A stretch of 64,000 nucleotides of DNA from Camelus dromedarius. Taxonomy: Eukaryota. The stretch spans positions 25,484,001-25,548,000 of the forward strand of contig NC_087437.1 in the NCBI RefSeq assembly GCF_036321535.1, written 5' to 3'. Shown here in pieces: positions 39,048 to 51,790 of this stretch. Below the pieces are notes generated by a model. The model saw only the letters and a list, made by a program, of their open reading frames with translations, ran no database searches and was not told the DNA's origin. Position numbers and translations under genes: made by a program. Position 1 is the stretch's first letter. The number at the start of each line of letters is the position of its first letter.

Positions 39048-40131
39048 GGAAATCTATTTCTAATGCTCCTTGTTACAAAAGGAAACCTACTATATTTGCA
39101 TATATAGTATTTTTAAATATTAAATATTAAAATATTTGTATTTACTTCAGGAACATATGTACGACTGAAATATCTGATCAATTGTGAAAGCTGTAAAAAG
39201 ATAAAGGAGTACCCTGAAAAAACTGAGGTTCCCTTTTCTAAAAAATAATCATCAAAACTAAGAAAACTTTTTTTACTTGGAAGCATTTTATTGGGCTTTT
39301 TGAAATTAAGGGAGAACTTGGGGTAAGTGAAGAATCCTTACTTAAAAGAATGATGATTTTAAAGGAAGTTATTTGAAGAGACTGTAAATAAAAGTAAACT
39401 TAACCTATTTAAGCTTGGATTTAAGAAATCCCTGGTGCATCATTTGAGCCAAATGAAAATTACCTCCTATAGATTCCTCTAGATATTTCCCTGGAAATAT
39501 CATCTCCTGGGAACCAAGGGAGATATGACTAACATTGGGGAAGCATATCTCTAGTACAGAGAAAATTTAGTTTGTATTTCTATGGGGTTTTCCATGCAGA
39601 TTGTATATAATATTTACTTGTTAACAGAAGAGGGTCATTTCTTATTTCCTCATTTTTAATCCACTCAATTTCAGGGGTTACATGCATTTTGAATTTTATT
39701 CCAATTCCTAGCAAGCGACTATATGTGGCTCTACTACTAATTAAAGCTGCCTAAATAGAAAAAGAAGAAAATTTACATTTTTGTCAGAGGAGTTGAGTCT
39801 GCAAAGAATTCTAGTTTTATATGTGGAACATAGTGCTAGGACTAATATTAATCTTGCAAAAGCAGATTTTGAAAATCTCATTTCTCTGACCACACCAATG
39901 TTGGGTGAGCTCAAAAATACTCAGAAAATTCTTTTATGATGAACTGTAATAGGCAATCTACTTAACAGACTTCAGTAACCTTTCCATGTGTCTAGATATG
40001 GATTCCATAATTGGATTGTGAACCCCTTGAAGGAATTACCGTGCTGTGTACCCCTCAGAAGCTGACTTTTCCTCTGGAATCTTTATTTCCAATTTTTGTA
40101 TTTGTCAACAAATGCTGTTTACTGTCCAATT

Positions 40132-40748
40132 TCTTAAGACTTTATCTTTTCAGAGCAGTTTAAGGTTCACAGCAAAATTGAGGCAAACGTACAGAGATTT
40201 CCCACATATCCTCTGCCCCAACACGTGCACAGCCTCCCTCACTATCGTCCCCCAGCAGAGGAATACATTTAACACTATTGAGCTACCTGCTTTAACACAT
40301 CTTAAGTCACCCAAAGTGACTGTGGAGTTACAGTCACTGTGGAGTTCACACTAGGGTTTACAGTAAACTGTGGAGTTTACACTAGGGTTCACCCTTGGTG
40401 TTGTGGATTCTGCGGTTTGGACAAATGTACAATAACATGCATCCATCACTATGGTATTACACAGAGTATTTTCACTGCCCTAGAGATCCTCTGTGCTCTA
40501 CAATCTGCCTCTTCCCACCCCCTCCCCAAACTCTGGCAACCACTCATGTTTTTACCATGTCCATAGTTTTGCTTTTTTCAGAATGTCATATGGTTGGAGT
40601 CATACAGCACGTAGCCTTTTCAGAAGAGCTTCTTTCACTTACTGGTATGCATTTAAGGTTCCTGCATGTCTTTTCATGGCTTGACAGCTTTTTTTTCTTT
40701 TTCAGCCCTGAAAAATATTTCATTGTCTGGAGGTACCACAGTTTATTT
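40132..40748 (-). mobile_element. L1MC1-like 3' end
   Basis: agactttatcttttcagagcagtttaaggttcacagcaaaattgag...ttcagaatgtcatatggttgg...catgtcttttcatggcttgacagc; same family as 12908-13437. Confidence 0.9.
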
Positions 40749-40859
40749 AAAGAAATATGCAACACCAAGTAAATGTGAATAGCAGTGATAACACAAGTCC
40801 TCTTCCCAAAGGACCTACAGCCACTTACTTGGGTATCCATACACTGAGGGAAGGGAACA

Positions 40860-41348
40860 CAGATCTTCCTCCACTTATCATGGGGTTCTGTCCTGATAAA
40901 CCCATCATAGGTTGAAGATATCATAGGTCAAAAATGCATTTAATACATCAAACCTATCGACATCACAGCTTAGCCTAGCCTACCTTAAATACACTTGAAA
41001 CACTTATATTAGCCTATAGTAGAACAAAATCACTTAACACAAAGTGTATTTCATAATAAAGTAATGAATGTCTCATGTAATTTATTGAACACTGTACTGA
41101 AAGTGAAAAAAGAGAATGGTTGTAGGTGGACTGGTTGGCTGTTCCCCCTGGTGGCCACGTGGCTGACAGAGCTGAGGCTGTGGCCTCTGGCCAGCATTAT
41201 AAGAGAGCACTGCATGGCAATCAATAGCCTGGGAAGAGATCGAAATTCAAAATTTGAAGTACAGTTTCTACTGAATGTGTACCACCTTTACACCATTGTA
41301 AAGTGGAAAATTGTCAAGTCGAACCATTGTTAAGTCAGGGACCATCTG
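40860..41348 (+). mobile_element. TcMar-Tigger MER47/Tigger5-type non-autonomous DNA transposon, both ends present
   Basis: cagatcttcctccacttatcatggggtt...gcttagcctagcctaccttaaa...aagtcgaaccattgttaagtcagggaccatctg; followed by TA, preceded by CA (mutated TA TSD). Confidence 0.92.
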
Positions 41349-42805
41349 TACCTGTCAGATGCGGGGCCAAAGTTACTGTTGACATAGGCATTTAATGCAC
41401 CATTATGGCTCCTCTGTTAAAACAGGGACATCTGGGTGTCAGGTGATCACTAGAGTCCCAGCTCACATCTGTCTCACAGAGAGGATCCACCTTGTGGTCA
41501 TTTCACCACTTCTCAAATAAATAATTGGGCTGGATAAACTAAGCATTGGTAGAACTTTTAATTGATTTTTTTGACCTACAGAATCAAGAATTATTATAGT
41601 AAGAAATGCAAGTAGAAGCCCCTGAGACTACTCTTCTACCCCACCAAGATAGTAAGTTAAAAACAATGTTGCAACCCAGGGGGAGAGCAGAGATTTGCGC
41701 CACCTTCAAGGGCCTAAAATGTCTTTGAAGATGGCAAAGATGGTCTTTGAAGGTGACACTAAGTTGTAGAGGTTGCAGTCTCTAAAATATCACTACTTAA
41801 TTCACCAGTTTGGTCTTTGCAGAAACTAGATATATAATGATGGATGAGAGTGGACTACCACAAACTTAATCAAGTTATATTTCCAGTTGCAACTGTTGTG
41901 CTGAGTACGGTATTTTATTGGAAGAGATGAACAGAGCCTCAGGTCTGTCTTATGCAGCTGCTGATACAGCAAATGCTTGTTTCCATACCTATTAGAAAGA
42001 AGGATCAGAAACAGTTTAAGAGAAATTGAAATGGACAGCACTGCCTTTCAAGGTTTTGCCCTAAATTTATGTTAATTCTTCAGCTCTCTATCATAATTGT
42101 CCAAAAGGACCTGCATGATTTGATCATCATATAGAATATCACTTTGGTCCACTATATTGATAAATCATGTTCCTCAGACCTGATAGTAAAGAAATAGTAA
42201 GCACTCTGGATGCCTTGGAAGATATACAAGCTTTAGAAGGTTGAAGAAAAATCCTATAATGATCAAGGACCTTCAGTATAAGTGAGGTTTTTAGGCATAC
42301 AGTGGTCTGACACACGCTGGAATATACTCTTTATAAGTAAGAAATAGCTACACCACTAAGGAAAAAAAGCACAATCCTTGGTGGGTCTCTTTGGTTTTTA
42401 GAAACAGCACATTCCACACCTGGAAATACTGCAATGACTTTTATTGGATAATACAGAAAGCTGGTTGTTTTGAATAGGGCCTAGAATAGAGCTTGCTACA
42501 GACCTAGGCACTGGCCAAGGAAACATTGTAGGAAATCTCTGGCATCCTGGGAGAGTTGCAGTGAAGACCTCTAGGTTTCTACAGCAAGGCCAGGTCACTC
42601 TAGCAGAGAAAAGTATATCATTCAAAAATACATCACTGGTCCTGGCCTGCTACTGGTCCCTGACAGAAACTGAGCATATGACCATGGGGTATCAATTGAC
42701 CATACAGACAGAACTGGTGATCATGAGCTGGTTTCTATCGAACCAATAAAGTCCTACAGCTGAGAGAGCAGTAGCAACCCATTATTAAATGGAAGAGACA
42801 CTGCT

Positions 42806-43162
42806 GGTACTAGGGACTGACTGTCTCCCCCAAAATTCATGTTGAAATCCTAACCCCTCCAAAAATTATGGTATTAAGAAGTGGGGCTTTTAGGAGGTTC
42901 TTAGGTCATGAGAGTAGAGTCTTCATGAATGAGATTGGTGTTCTTAGAAAAGAGGCCCCACAGAGATCCCTTGCTCCTCCACCGTGTAGGACGCCACATG
43001 AAGGTTCCATCTATGATCCAGAAATCGGGGTCTTACCAAACACCAAATCTGTTAGCCATGACCCTGGACTTCCCAGCCTTAAAACTGTGAGAAATAAATT
43101 TCTGTTTTTCATAAGCTACCCAGTCTATTTATGATATTTTGTTTTAGTGGCCCAAAGGGACT
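42806..43162 (+). mobile_element. MLT1A-like MaLR solo LTR nested in ERVL pol
   Basis: cccccaaaattcatgttgaaatcctaaccc...ttaggtcatgagagtagagtcttcatgaatgagatt...ggacttcccagcc...aactgtgagaaataaatttctgtt. Confidence 0.92.
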
Positions 43163-44708
43163 GGTTTTAGGATGAAGTTCAGAGGGCAAAGATGGCTGAA
43201 GTAAAAGATGCTCCACATCTCAGGTCACCTGCCATCATCACACTGACACCATTTCATCAGCTGACACCCATGACCAGGAGATGAAGAAAGAAAAAGCCTG
43301 GGCTGGGTTCAGGAATGGTTTGGCTTAGTAAATGATTACAGGACAACAGTGGACTGGTACTGCAACAGCCCCATTCAGGGCTGGCCTGAAAGACAGTGGT
43401 GATGGAGAGTCCTCCAATGGGAAACATATCTGGACTTTTACTTTGTATGGAGAGAGAAGGGGCCCAAAGTAAGAATCCACACAGATTCATGAACAATGTA
43501 AAATGGTCTGGATATTGGCCAGAGGCCTGGAAGAAATGAGACTGGAAAATTAGAAACTGACCTATGACAGTGACCACAAAGTGCAAAGATATTTTTATTA
43601 CAACTAATGCCCACCAAAGAGCACTGACTGCGAGAGAGATGCTAACAAATCAAGTGGACTCAGTCCATAGATGTCAGCCAGCCTCCGTCTATGGCTACCC
43701 CAGTGTTTGTACATTTATCTCAAGAAGAGAGAAACCATGGTGAGCCTGGTCCCAACAGCGTAGTCTCACCAGCACCAGAGTTGATCTAGATACTTCCACA
43801 AATGACCTGCCAGCAACACAGACCAATGCTGAGCTCCCTATCTAGGTACCATTCCTCACTGGAAACATCCAGCCACCTGGGGTCAAGTTGATTACATCAA
43901 GCCCCTTGTGCCTTGTTTCATGTTGACTAAGAGCACCCATGTATTTTAGGTACGGGTGCCTTTCCAGCCTGCTGTGCCTCAACCAGCACCATCATCTAAG
44001 GCATCATAAAGGATCTGTTCTGCCTTCATGGAATCCCACGTAACATATCTTAAACCAAGAGACTCATTTTAAAGCAAAGGAAATGCTATGATGAGTAAAT
44101 GAGTATGTGATTCAATAATCCTATCATGTACCACACAATTCAGAAGGTGCCATTCTTATCAGCAAGGATGTGGCCTCTTGAAGGCACAGCTAAGTGTCAG
44201 CTTGGATATGACATCCTGTAAGGATAAGGTACACCTTTGAGGATGTGACACACACATTAAACCAAAGCCATTATATGGTACCATGTCATCAATTGTTAAA
44301 CACATGGATCCAAAAACCAAGAGGCAGAAGTAGGAGTGGACTGCTCACCATCATTCCCAGTGACCCACTTGGGGAATTTGTGCTTCCTATTTCTGCAACT
44401 TCCAGCACAGTGAGACCAGAGGTCTTAATTCCCCATAAGGGAGAATTCCACTAGAAGGATATAATTAAACTTAAATCTAGCCCAGCAGAAGTGCTAACCA
44501 AAGGGAAGGGGCTCTAGAATGAGGGATAGAGGAAGACAATGAGGAGGATTAGTTACAGCCTGGGGATCCACTGCAGCATCAGAGCTGCCATCCCAGTAAT
44601 GTTCTTCTTGTAAGTGTTCAGACTGTAACCAAACAGAAACCTGGAGAAGCTGTGCCTAGAGTAAAATAAGGTGAAAGCAAGTGTTTCTAAAGGATGCAAG
44701 AGGAAGTC

Positions 44709-45101
44709 TGTAGTGACACTACTGATGACTAGCCTAGACTCCCTTTCTGTCTGGTGTGCCCCTCTCCCAGCTGATTTGAGTGTTGGCTGCTAATGGCCCC
44801 CAGCTTCCCACTTCTGCGAGTCTCTTGGTCCTGGAAACCAGTACACCGCCCTCAACATACCTAGAATGGAAGGACCTCAGCCAGCGATTGACTGGTAGGC
44901 ATGCAAAAGGCCATCCCCCTTACTTTAAGGTGCACCACCTCTGTAGTGCAGCTTGTGCTTGAGAGCTTCCTTGTGGACTCAAACTGAAGCTGGTCTCTGA
45001 GGCCACATTCTTGCTCCCCTTCTGAAAATGCTCCTTCAGTAAATCACTTGAACAAAAATTACTGTCTCTGGCTCCGCTGCCAGAGAACCCAGTCTAAGAC
45101 A
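44709..45101 (+). mobile_element. 3' LTR of the ERVL (LTR16-like)
   Basis: TG start after purine-rich aaggatgcaagaggaagtc; gtgttggctgctaatggc; cagtaaatcacttgaacaaaaat...gagaacccagtctaagaCA end. Confidence 0.85.
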
Positions 45102-47679
45102 CCATTTATATGCAGTAAATAGATGTGTGCATCAACATCTCTGCATAGTTACAACACACATATATAGAAGGACTCACATCAAACACACTGGGGTCATTGC
45201 CTTGGTGGGGGAATAGGTTTACAAGGAACGAATAAATAAACCAACAAAAAAAAGAAGAAGAAGAAAGAAAGGGCTTGCATGGGCCAATGTAGATAATTGA
45301 CATGAATTGAGGGCTGTGCTTAACTCCACTCGGTACATCTGAAATCTAAAAATAAATAAATGAACAGACAGGTAGTTAGATGATTCTTTTTTAGCAAATT
45401 CTGTCTCAACCTATGTAAATGCATTCAGGTAATGGCTCAAATTGTTCTTTCCTTAGCATTTATTATTCGAGGGTTCTTTTACTTCCCAAGAGGTCACCCT
45501 AAAAAGATTAAGAAAAGTAAAATTACAGATGGTTTTTATGGGTCTGGGCCAACCCTATTTCTAGTTTTCTAAATAGGAAATTTGTAAATAGTGTTTAATT
45601 TATTACTTTAACCAGATCCTACTTTTTCCCCCCTTGCTTGGCCCCCATCTCTCCCTGCCTATTCCCCACTTCTACCCTTTACCATAAACAATTTGAAAAT
45701 CTTACAATCAGTATCAAAGCTATCAGAAGCATTTCAGCCTGAGTTGTTCTCTTTCGGCAAGCCTTAAGAGTATAACATCACAAACAGATAAGAAAAGAGA
45801 AATACAATTTTAGCATAGGAACTGAATAATGGCTTTCTTTCTGGAAGTATCTCATGTGTTTTTGATATCTCCATGATATTAGGCACAACAATATGTGGTC
45901 TGCTCTATTTAATTGAATCTGCACTACACTTTTCTCTAATTCAATTAGGTTCAACTAATAGATATTGATTAATGATTACTGCTCTTGGTTGTTACAAAAG
46001 TTATTAAGACACAATCCATCTATTCTAGAAGTTCATAATCAGTGTCGGGAGAAAATACTTGAATATACTGAGACTTTCTTCACCTTTTCAAGGGCAATTT
46101 TCACACTTCTAAATTCCAAAAGCTCATTTCCAAACTTTTAAAATTATCTTCATGCTTTGCTTGGGAATGAGCTGAAATTATTTTCTGATATAATCTTTCA
46201 TTTCAAATCTGTTTTGTAAAAGTTTTTAATATTATCCATAATTTCTTCCTTACCCTGTGAGCAATAATTTATTTACCTGTTGGCTTGCTAAACTACCCAG
46301 CAAAGACCTTGACAGATTCCTAACTGTCCATAACAATACTGCTCTTTCTCTTGATAGCAGAAGTGGGTTGAGATTGTTTGGGATGGCCAAGGATTTCATC
46401 AGAAGAAGCAATTAGCATAAGAAGCTCTCTGGGATTTTTGGAGATAAAAGCAAGTAAACCATTGCTTAAGAATGTAGGGTAGGTGTTCTGTGCTCTGCTT
46501 CTGTTTCCGGAGACCCAGAGTCCCACCAACTCCATAGGAATCTAAGCAGCCACACTGTTATACCACCTGGTATCTGCCTTATACAGCACAGGCATGCAGT
46601 TCACAGATGACGTTCAGACCCTGGGACTAGGCTCACAGCCGGGCTGCCAACCATCCTACCTGACTTGTAGTCTCCCTGTGACTTCTGCTTTTCCCAGTAT
46701 TCCCAAGCATTCCACGGTATTTCACCCCTCAGTGGTGCTACACACACCCTTCTTCTTATGCAATGCCCTTGCTCCCTTACTCTACCTGGTGAACCAGGGC
46801 AATGAGTGAATGTCCACATCCCTCATCTCCTATGGTCTTAGAGCTACTGAAGTACTTGTGGGTAAGATAACTGGTGTTTCAGAAAAGGTTTTATTCCCAT
46901 TGAGTCTACAGCCGATCAACAGGACTGGCTGCACAGCCCCTTGCAAGTCATCCTCAGGTCAGACAGCTCAGGAAGAAACTCCTAAGGCAGACACTTTCAC
47001 CTGGTCCCCTCACAGCCGGAGGTAGTTGCTCCTCCTCTGAGTTTCAACACCGACTCCACACTCTTAGCCCTCCCTCAGGACATCATCTATCATTTGTCCA
47101 TGCTCATTTCCTCCACCCTGGGGATGGAAGTGCTCACATGAGGGAATCACTGCCCTCTCAATGCTCATGTGCCATTTTCCATTCATAAGACGTATCTCTG
47201 GTCCAAGATTAATCTGAAAAGTCAATTCATCTCTCTAAGAAATAAAACACATAGTTGAAATTCAGTCTTATAAATCAAGGAGCCTGGAATTAGCTGCTTT
47301 GTCTCATGGGTACTTTGCTTTATCGTCCACAAGACCCTCAAGTAAAAAGTGCCAATCATTAGTGCAAAACACTTTACTTAATGGACGTATGAGCAGTGGA
47401 GATCCTGAGACCAGCCTGATCATCTGGACCAAGAGTTCCCAGGATAAGTGGCTCATCTCAGAAGCAGTTAACCCCTCCGGAGAGACCTGGTCCTTCTCTC
47501 CTTTCATCAGATACCGGAGACAGCTGGGAATACTTAGTGGGAAACGTGGGAGCAGCGAAAGTCTTCACGTCTCACATCTTTCCTTGGCCAATCTGCATCC
47601 TGCACTGAGCTCCCACCCCCACAGATCCACTCTCCCCTCAGAGCTCATTGCTGTGCCCTCTGGAGCATCTGCAGAATTA

Positions 47680-48350
47680 TAAACAGAGTGTTATCTCTCC
47701 TCAGATTCTTGACTGAACATTACATCTCCCACCTCCCTGTATAGAAACTGGCTTTTCTCATGAGACACCACGTCTCCTGTGGCTTCACAAGGGAAGACCA
47801 TGTCAGCTCACTTCCCAGTGCCACCTCCGGACCTTGACACCTCTCTCCAACTTGTGTAGCAAACATCTGCCTCTCTGATGCTTTCCCTCGCTCACAATAT
47901 CCTCCACACCACCACCACTGTTGGAAGACATTATGACTCCCCTCTTGTCACAAATCTCCACCCCCAAGATCCACACAAACTACCCAGTACCCTGACCTCT
48001 TTCCTTGGTCTTCTCATTGCCAGGATCCCAGATATCCAGTTCACTCACAGCCATCTTGAACTCTAAATAGGCACCTCTAAAAACTAAGTGAAAGCATCCT
48101 GCTTTGGCATCTCAAACTTCATCCCCACCAGCTATCTGCTACAGTTACTCCCTTTCCTGTTTCTTAAATTTCTGGGTTCTCCAGTCCCACAACCCCTCCA
48201 CTTTATTTCAAACTACCAACCCCTCCATGCTTCATCATTTTCCTCTCGAGATTAGCTTCAATATTTTGGTTCTTCACCTATTACTTGTCAATATTCTCAA
48301 CTCTCTTGAACATTATCTCTCCATAGCATTTATGTGGCAAAAGTCAACTT
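47680..48350 (+). mobile_element. Decayed L2 ORF (endonuclease region), pyrimidine-rich
   Basis: gaaactggctt (ETWL-like) and cactcacagccatcttgaactc (TH..HTLDL-like) in C/T-rich L2-like sequence. Confidence 0.4.
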
Positions 48351-48811
48351 TATTTTTATTTTATTCTAGTATTTAACTTGGGATACAACACAGTATATTT
48401 ATCTTACATGTTTTTTTAATCTGCTAGGTTTTTTATATTTTATTAGTTTCTAGATTATTTTTCCACTTATTAATTATTAGAATTTTCCTACCCTGTTCAG
48501 TATAAAATACCACATACTTGAAAATGCTGTGCAGAGCAGAAGTCATGCTGGGCAAGTACAAGTAAGATGGTTCACAGCCAGACAGCAAGCCCAGCCAAGG
48601 ATTCTGAACCATGCACTTCCCTTGCTTGCAGCATGGGGGAAATTAGCTAACTTTTAATACACACTTATAATATTGTACTTTTTATCTTCCTCCATAAATG
48701 CAGCAGAGGAGTTAGAGGGGAGAGTGCAAGGATCAGGTGGGAGTCAGCTTCAAGGGAAGTCTTCTGCTCTGTGTTCCTACACTCACCCCATCAGCCCTCC
48801 ACATACATGCC

Positions 48812-48975
48812 TCTAGCACAGTGCTTGTGCAGGTTGCACCCTGGACAAGGATACCTGGCAAGGAGGTGACCAGGAGCTAAAACAGAGTCTGCGTGCTCTG
48901 CTCTCTGACCTATGTGCTCTCACTTAGAGGAAGAGTGCCTTTTTCTAATTCATAAAAAGGAATAATGTAAACTAC
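48812..48975. mobile_element. hAT-Tip100 MER91-like MITE
   Basis: tgtgcaggttgcaccctggacaagg...gagctaaaacag...gtgcctttttctaattcataaaaagg. Confidence 0.6.
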
Positions 48976-49114
48976 CCTTTCCCCAACCCCTCCAATGTTG
49001 AACCTCCAATACAAAATCATTTAAGAAAAGTTGATTCAGCCAAACTACCGCTGATCTCCCTCATTTCTTCCCTTCCCCAACTCCTTCCATTCCAGAGAAA
49101 AATTACCAAAAGAC

Positions 49115-49335
49115 TCAACTAAGTGTAGTGTCTAGAGTCAGGCACACTTGAATTTGATCCCCAGTCAAGTGCTTATAGACTTGGACCTTGGACAAGTTAC
49201 TTGACCAGTTTGAGCCTCAGTTTCCTCATCTGTTAAATTAATGCATACTAAGTTTTTTAAATATTAAATGAAGTAAAGGTAGTGAAGCCCCCAGTACAGT
49301 GTATGGCTTATAGTAGGTATCCAATAAATATTTGC
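49115..49335 (+). mobile_element. MIR SINE
   Basis: tagagtcaggcacacttgaatttgatcccc...accttggacaagttacttgacc...gagcctcagtttcctcatctgt...caataaata. Confidence 0.9.
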
Positions 49336-49355
49336 ACTTAATGAACAAGCAAGCA

Positions 49356-49386
49356 GGATGGATAGATGGATGGGTGGATGGATGGA
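49356..49386. repeat. (GGAT)n microsatellite
   Basis: ggatggatagatggatgggtggatggatgga. Confidence 0.85.
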
Positions 49387-51159
49387 CAAATAAAGCAAAG
49401 CACAGTCTTTGGATATCTCCAGTCACTCTGCCTTTAGGAAGAGACATATGATCTACCTGGCTGGAATGATGGCATTATAGAAAAAAATCCTAAAACCAAC
49501 AAGGGAGAAATTTTTGATAAATGGCCTTTATTTCTAGAATTTCCTCTGCTTATTTTGCCTGGCTAAGGCAGGGTTTTATTACTGCAGGAAAAGAAATGAT
49601 CTGTATCTTGGGAAATTGTTCATCATTCAAGTATCTGAAACTTTATACATAAATTCAAAGACCTTATGCATTTTTAATAAATTAAGTAAATTACTAGCAT
49701 TGTAGGTGGCTCAGTTTTACTGATAACTTGTTTACAGTGACATGCTAGTTCTAAGAAAGCACTACTTATCCAATTTATAGGCACATATTACATGTGGAGA
49801 GTAAAATGATATGCATTAATTTCAAGCAGAATATATTAAAACCAAAAAAAAATGAGTTAAGCACTTTTTTTAAATGAATGAAACTCTCCATGTTTCACCC
49901 TTGTTTCAGTGAAGGACTTTAACTGTTTGTTCATTGAATCTTAAGTGCTGAGCAGGTATATATGATTAAGTTCCTGAAATCAAATGCAGCAAAGGTAATG
50001 TAACAAAATGACTTCGCAAAAATTTGTGTTAACTACTAAATAATTATTGCCACAGTCTCTCCCTCCCTGCCACAAATACACACACACACAGATATGCAAG
50101 TACACACTCAGATGTACACCCATACATGAGAAATAAAAGAAAAAAATGACTGAAAAAAGGCTCCACTTTCTGCAGTAACATAACTGTTATTATAATTTAA
50201 AATACCTCATCAATGAAAAGAGAGTGCATTTGCTTCAACCAACAGTCTACCAAAAGGTATGCTGGTGTTTGTATAAAATTAATAAAAGCAGTCAAAAACG
50301 AGGTAATGTCTTAAAAGCCCTCAGAAGTTATTAAATGGGAAAAAAGTAGACTAAGTCTTTAAGAACCTTAAATTATTACAAAAAGAATCAAATTTCCCTT
50401 TTTTTAAAAAATTGATAAGTCAGTCTCATTAAGATAGTCACAATAGTCTCATGAAAAGGGTTACTCCACAGACACCTACTGAGTGCACACAGCATGCCGG
50501 GTACAGTTCTACATGCTGGGCAAACATCAATGACCCGAGAAAAACGGTCACTCATTGCTTGGCTAACTCCTAACCCTTATGAAGAAAACACTGCATAACT
50601 CTGTTAGAAAACTCCCATTTTAATGTTTTTTATGTTTTTAAAGGTTTTAAAAGAGGGGAAACCATTTTCTTTAAGAAACAGGAATAAGTAAGGTCCCTTG
50701 GAGATTCACAGAATAATTAGGGGGATTTATGCACTAATTTTATCTCATAGAAGAGAGAAAAAGAGACAATCTGGAAAGATAGTTCCCAAGGAAGACTTTG
50801 ATTCCTCAGCCAAACCAAGCCATGCTCCATTTCCCATCTATTTATGTACCTTGAAACAAAAATTACGCATTGAAGTCATACTGTATTAAAGGAATATCGG
50901 TTGCCAAAAAGTCTCGTGTCGGGTGTGGGAGACAGAGAAGTAACTGAATAATTTAAGTACTATATGAAATGTTCCACAAGGAGTGTATAAAGATCCTGGC
51001 TAATCTTAAGTGATCAAAGAAAATCAACAGCGGATTCCTGAACTGAGTCTTAAAACTGGTAAGGAGGTGAGAACATGTGATGAATTGCTAATAATTTTAG
51101 GTATATCTGGACCTTAGGATGTTTGCATGATAGCAATTAAGAAGAAGATGCATATGAAA

Positions 51160-51614
51160 TGGGGAAAAAGAGAGTTATTCCCTCTTGTGGGTTACAGGGA
51201 GAGCCGCAACCCAAGGCTCAAACTGGAGCCCACAAGACAGGCTGCAACCTAATCAGACTCTCACTACCTCTGACTTTGATGGCATGGGTGTGTTACCAAA
51301 AAAGTGGTGCTCTTTATCAAGGAACTAAACACACAACTCGCCCAGAAGCTGAGGAAGCTGGAAAGAGGATTCGGAGGAAGATGAAGCCGCTCCTGGCCTC
51401 ATTGCTGCCCTCATGCTGACACTATGAGTGAGCTGTAACAGCACCTGCACTGACTTTCTGAGTGTAAAAACAATATGGAAGCTACATCTTTTCCATCTAC
51501 CAGATGCTGCAAAAAATATCTCTTGTGGCCTACCCCAGTTAGAAACATACAATGAAGGGAATTCAGGGAAATGAAGTTGAGTCTAGCCAAGCTGACATAT
51601 CACAAAGCCACTAT
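51160..51614 (-). mobile_element. MLT2-type ERVL LTR (3' LTR)
   Basis: aagggaattcagggaaatgaagttgagtctagccaagctgacatatcacaaagccacta is an antisense MLT2E/F-like 5' end; left boundary uncertain. Confidence 0.7.
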
Positions 51615-51790
51615 GGTCTACCCCTTTTTGACATGACACCCATATATGTCTTTAAATCATATTTAACTTCCAAATAAAAACAATTACAAGGTGATGCTTC
51701 CAGCTAATATGATACAACTATCCCACGTACAACTGAAAAGAAGATATGAAGTCCCCTCACCATGTCTGAGGGATGTTCATGCAGCTCCTG
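51615..51790 (-). mobile_element. ERVL internal 3' end with polypurine tract
   Basis: gtctaccccttttt (rc aaaaaggggtagac, PPT) then gacacccata...cttccaaataaaaacaattacaagg...atgatacaactatccc. Confidence 0.75.

Larger units (their letters stand above)
40750..44708 (+). mobile_element. Decayed ERVL internal region (protease, RT, RNase H, integrase); ERV3-16A3/HERV16-like
   Basis: Decayed codons: gtggactaccacaaacttaatcaagtt (VDYHKLNQV, ~41850), ttggtccactatattgat (LVHYID, ~42144), aatgcccaccaaaga (NAHQR), caagttgattacatc (QVDYI), catggaatccca (HGIP), TIIPSDPLGEFVLP (ORF 44245-44454); many stops and frameshifts. Confidence 0.9.

Noticed and set aside
40046..41333. Cluster of overlapping 60-125 aa ORFs
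   Set aside because: They lie within L1MC1 and MER47/Tigger5 repeats
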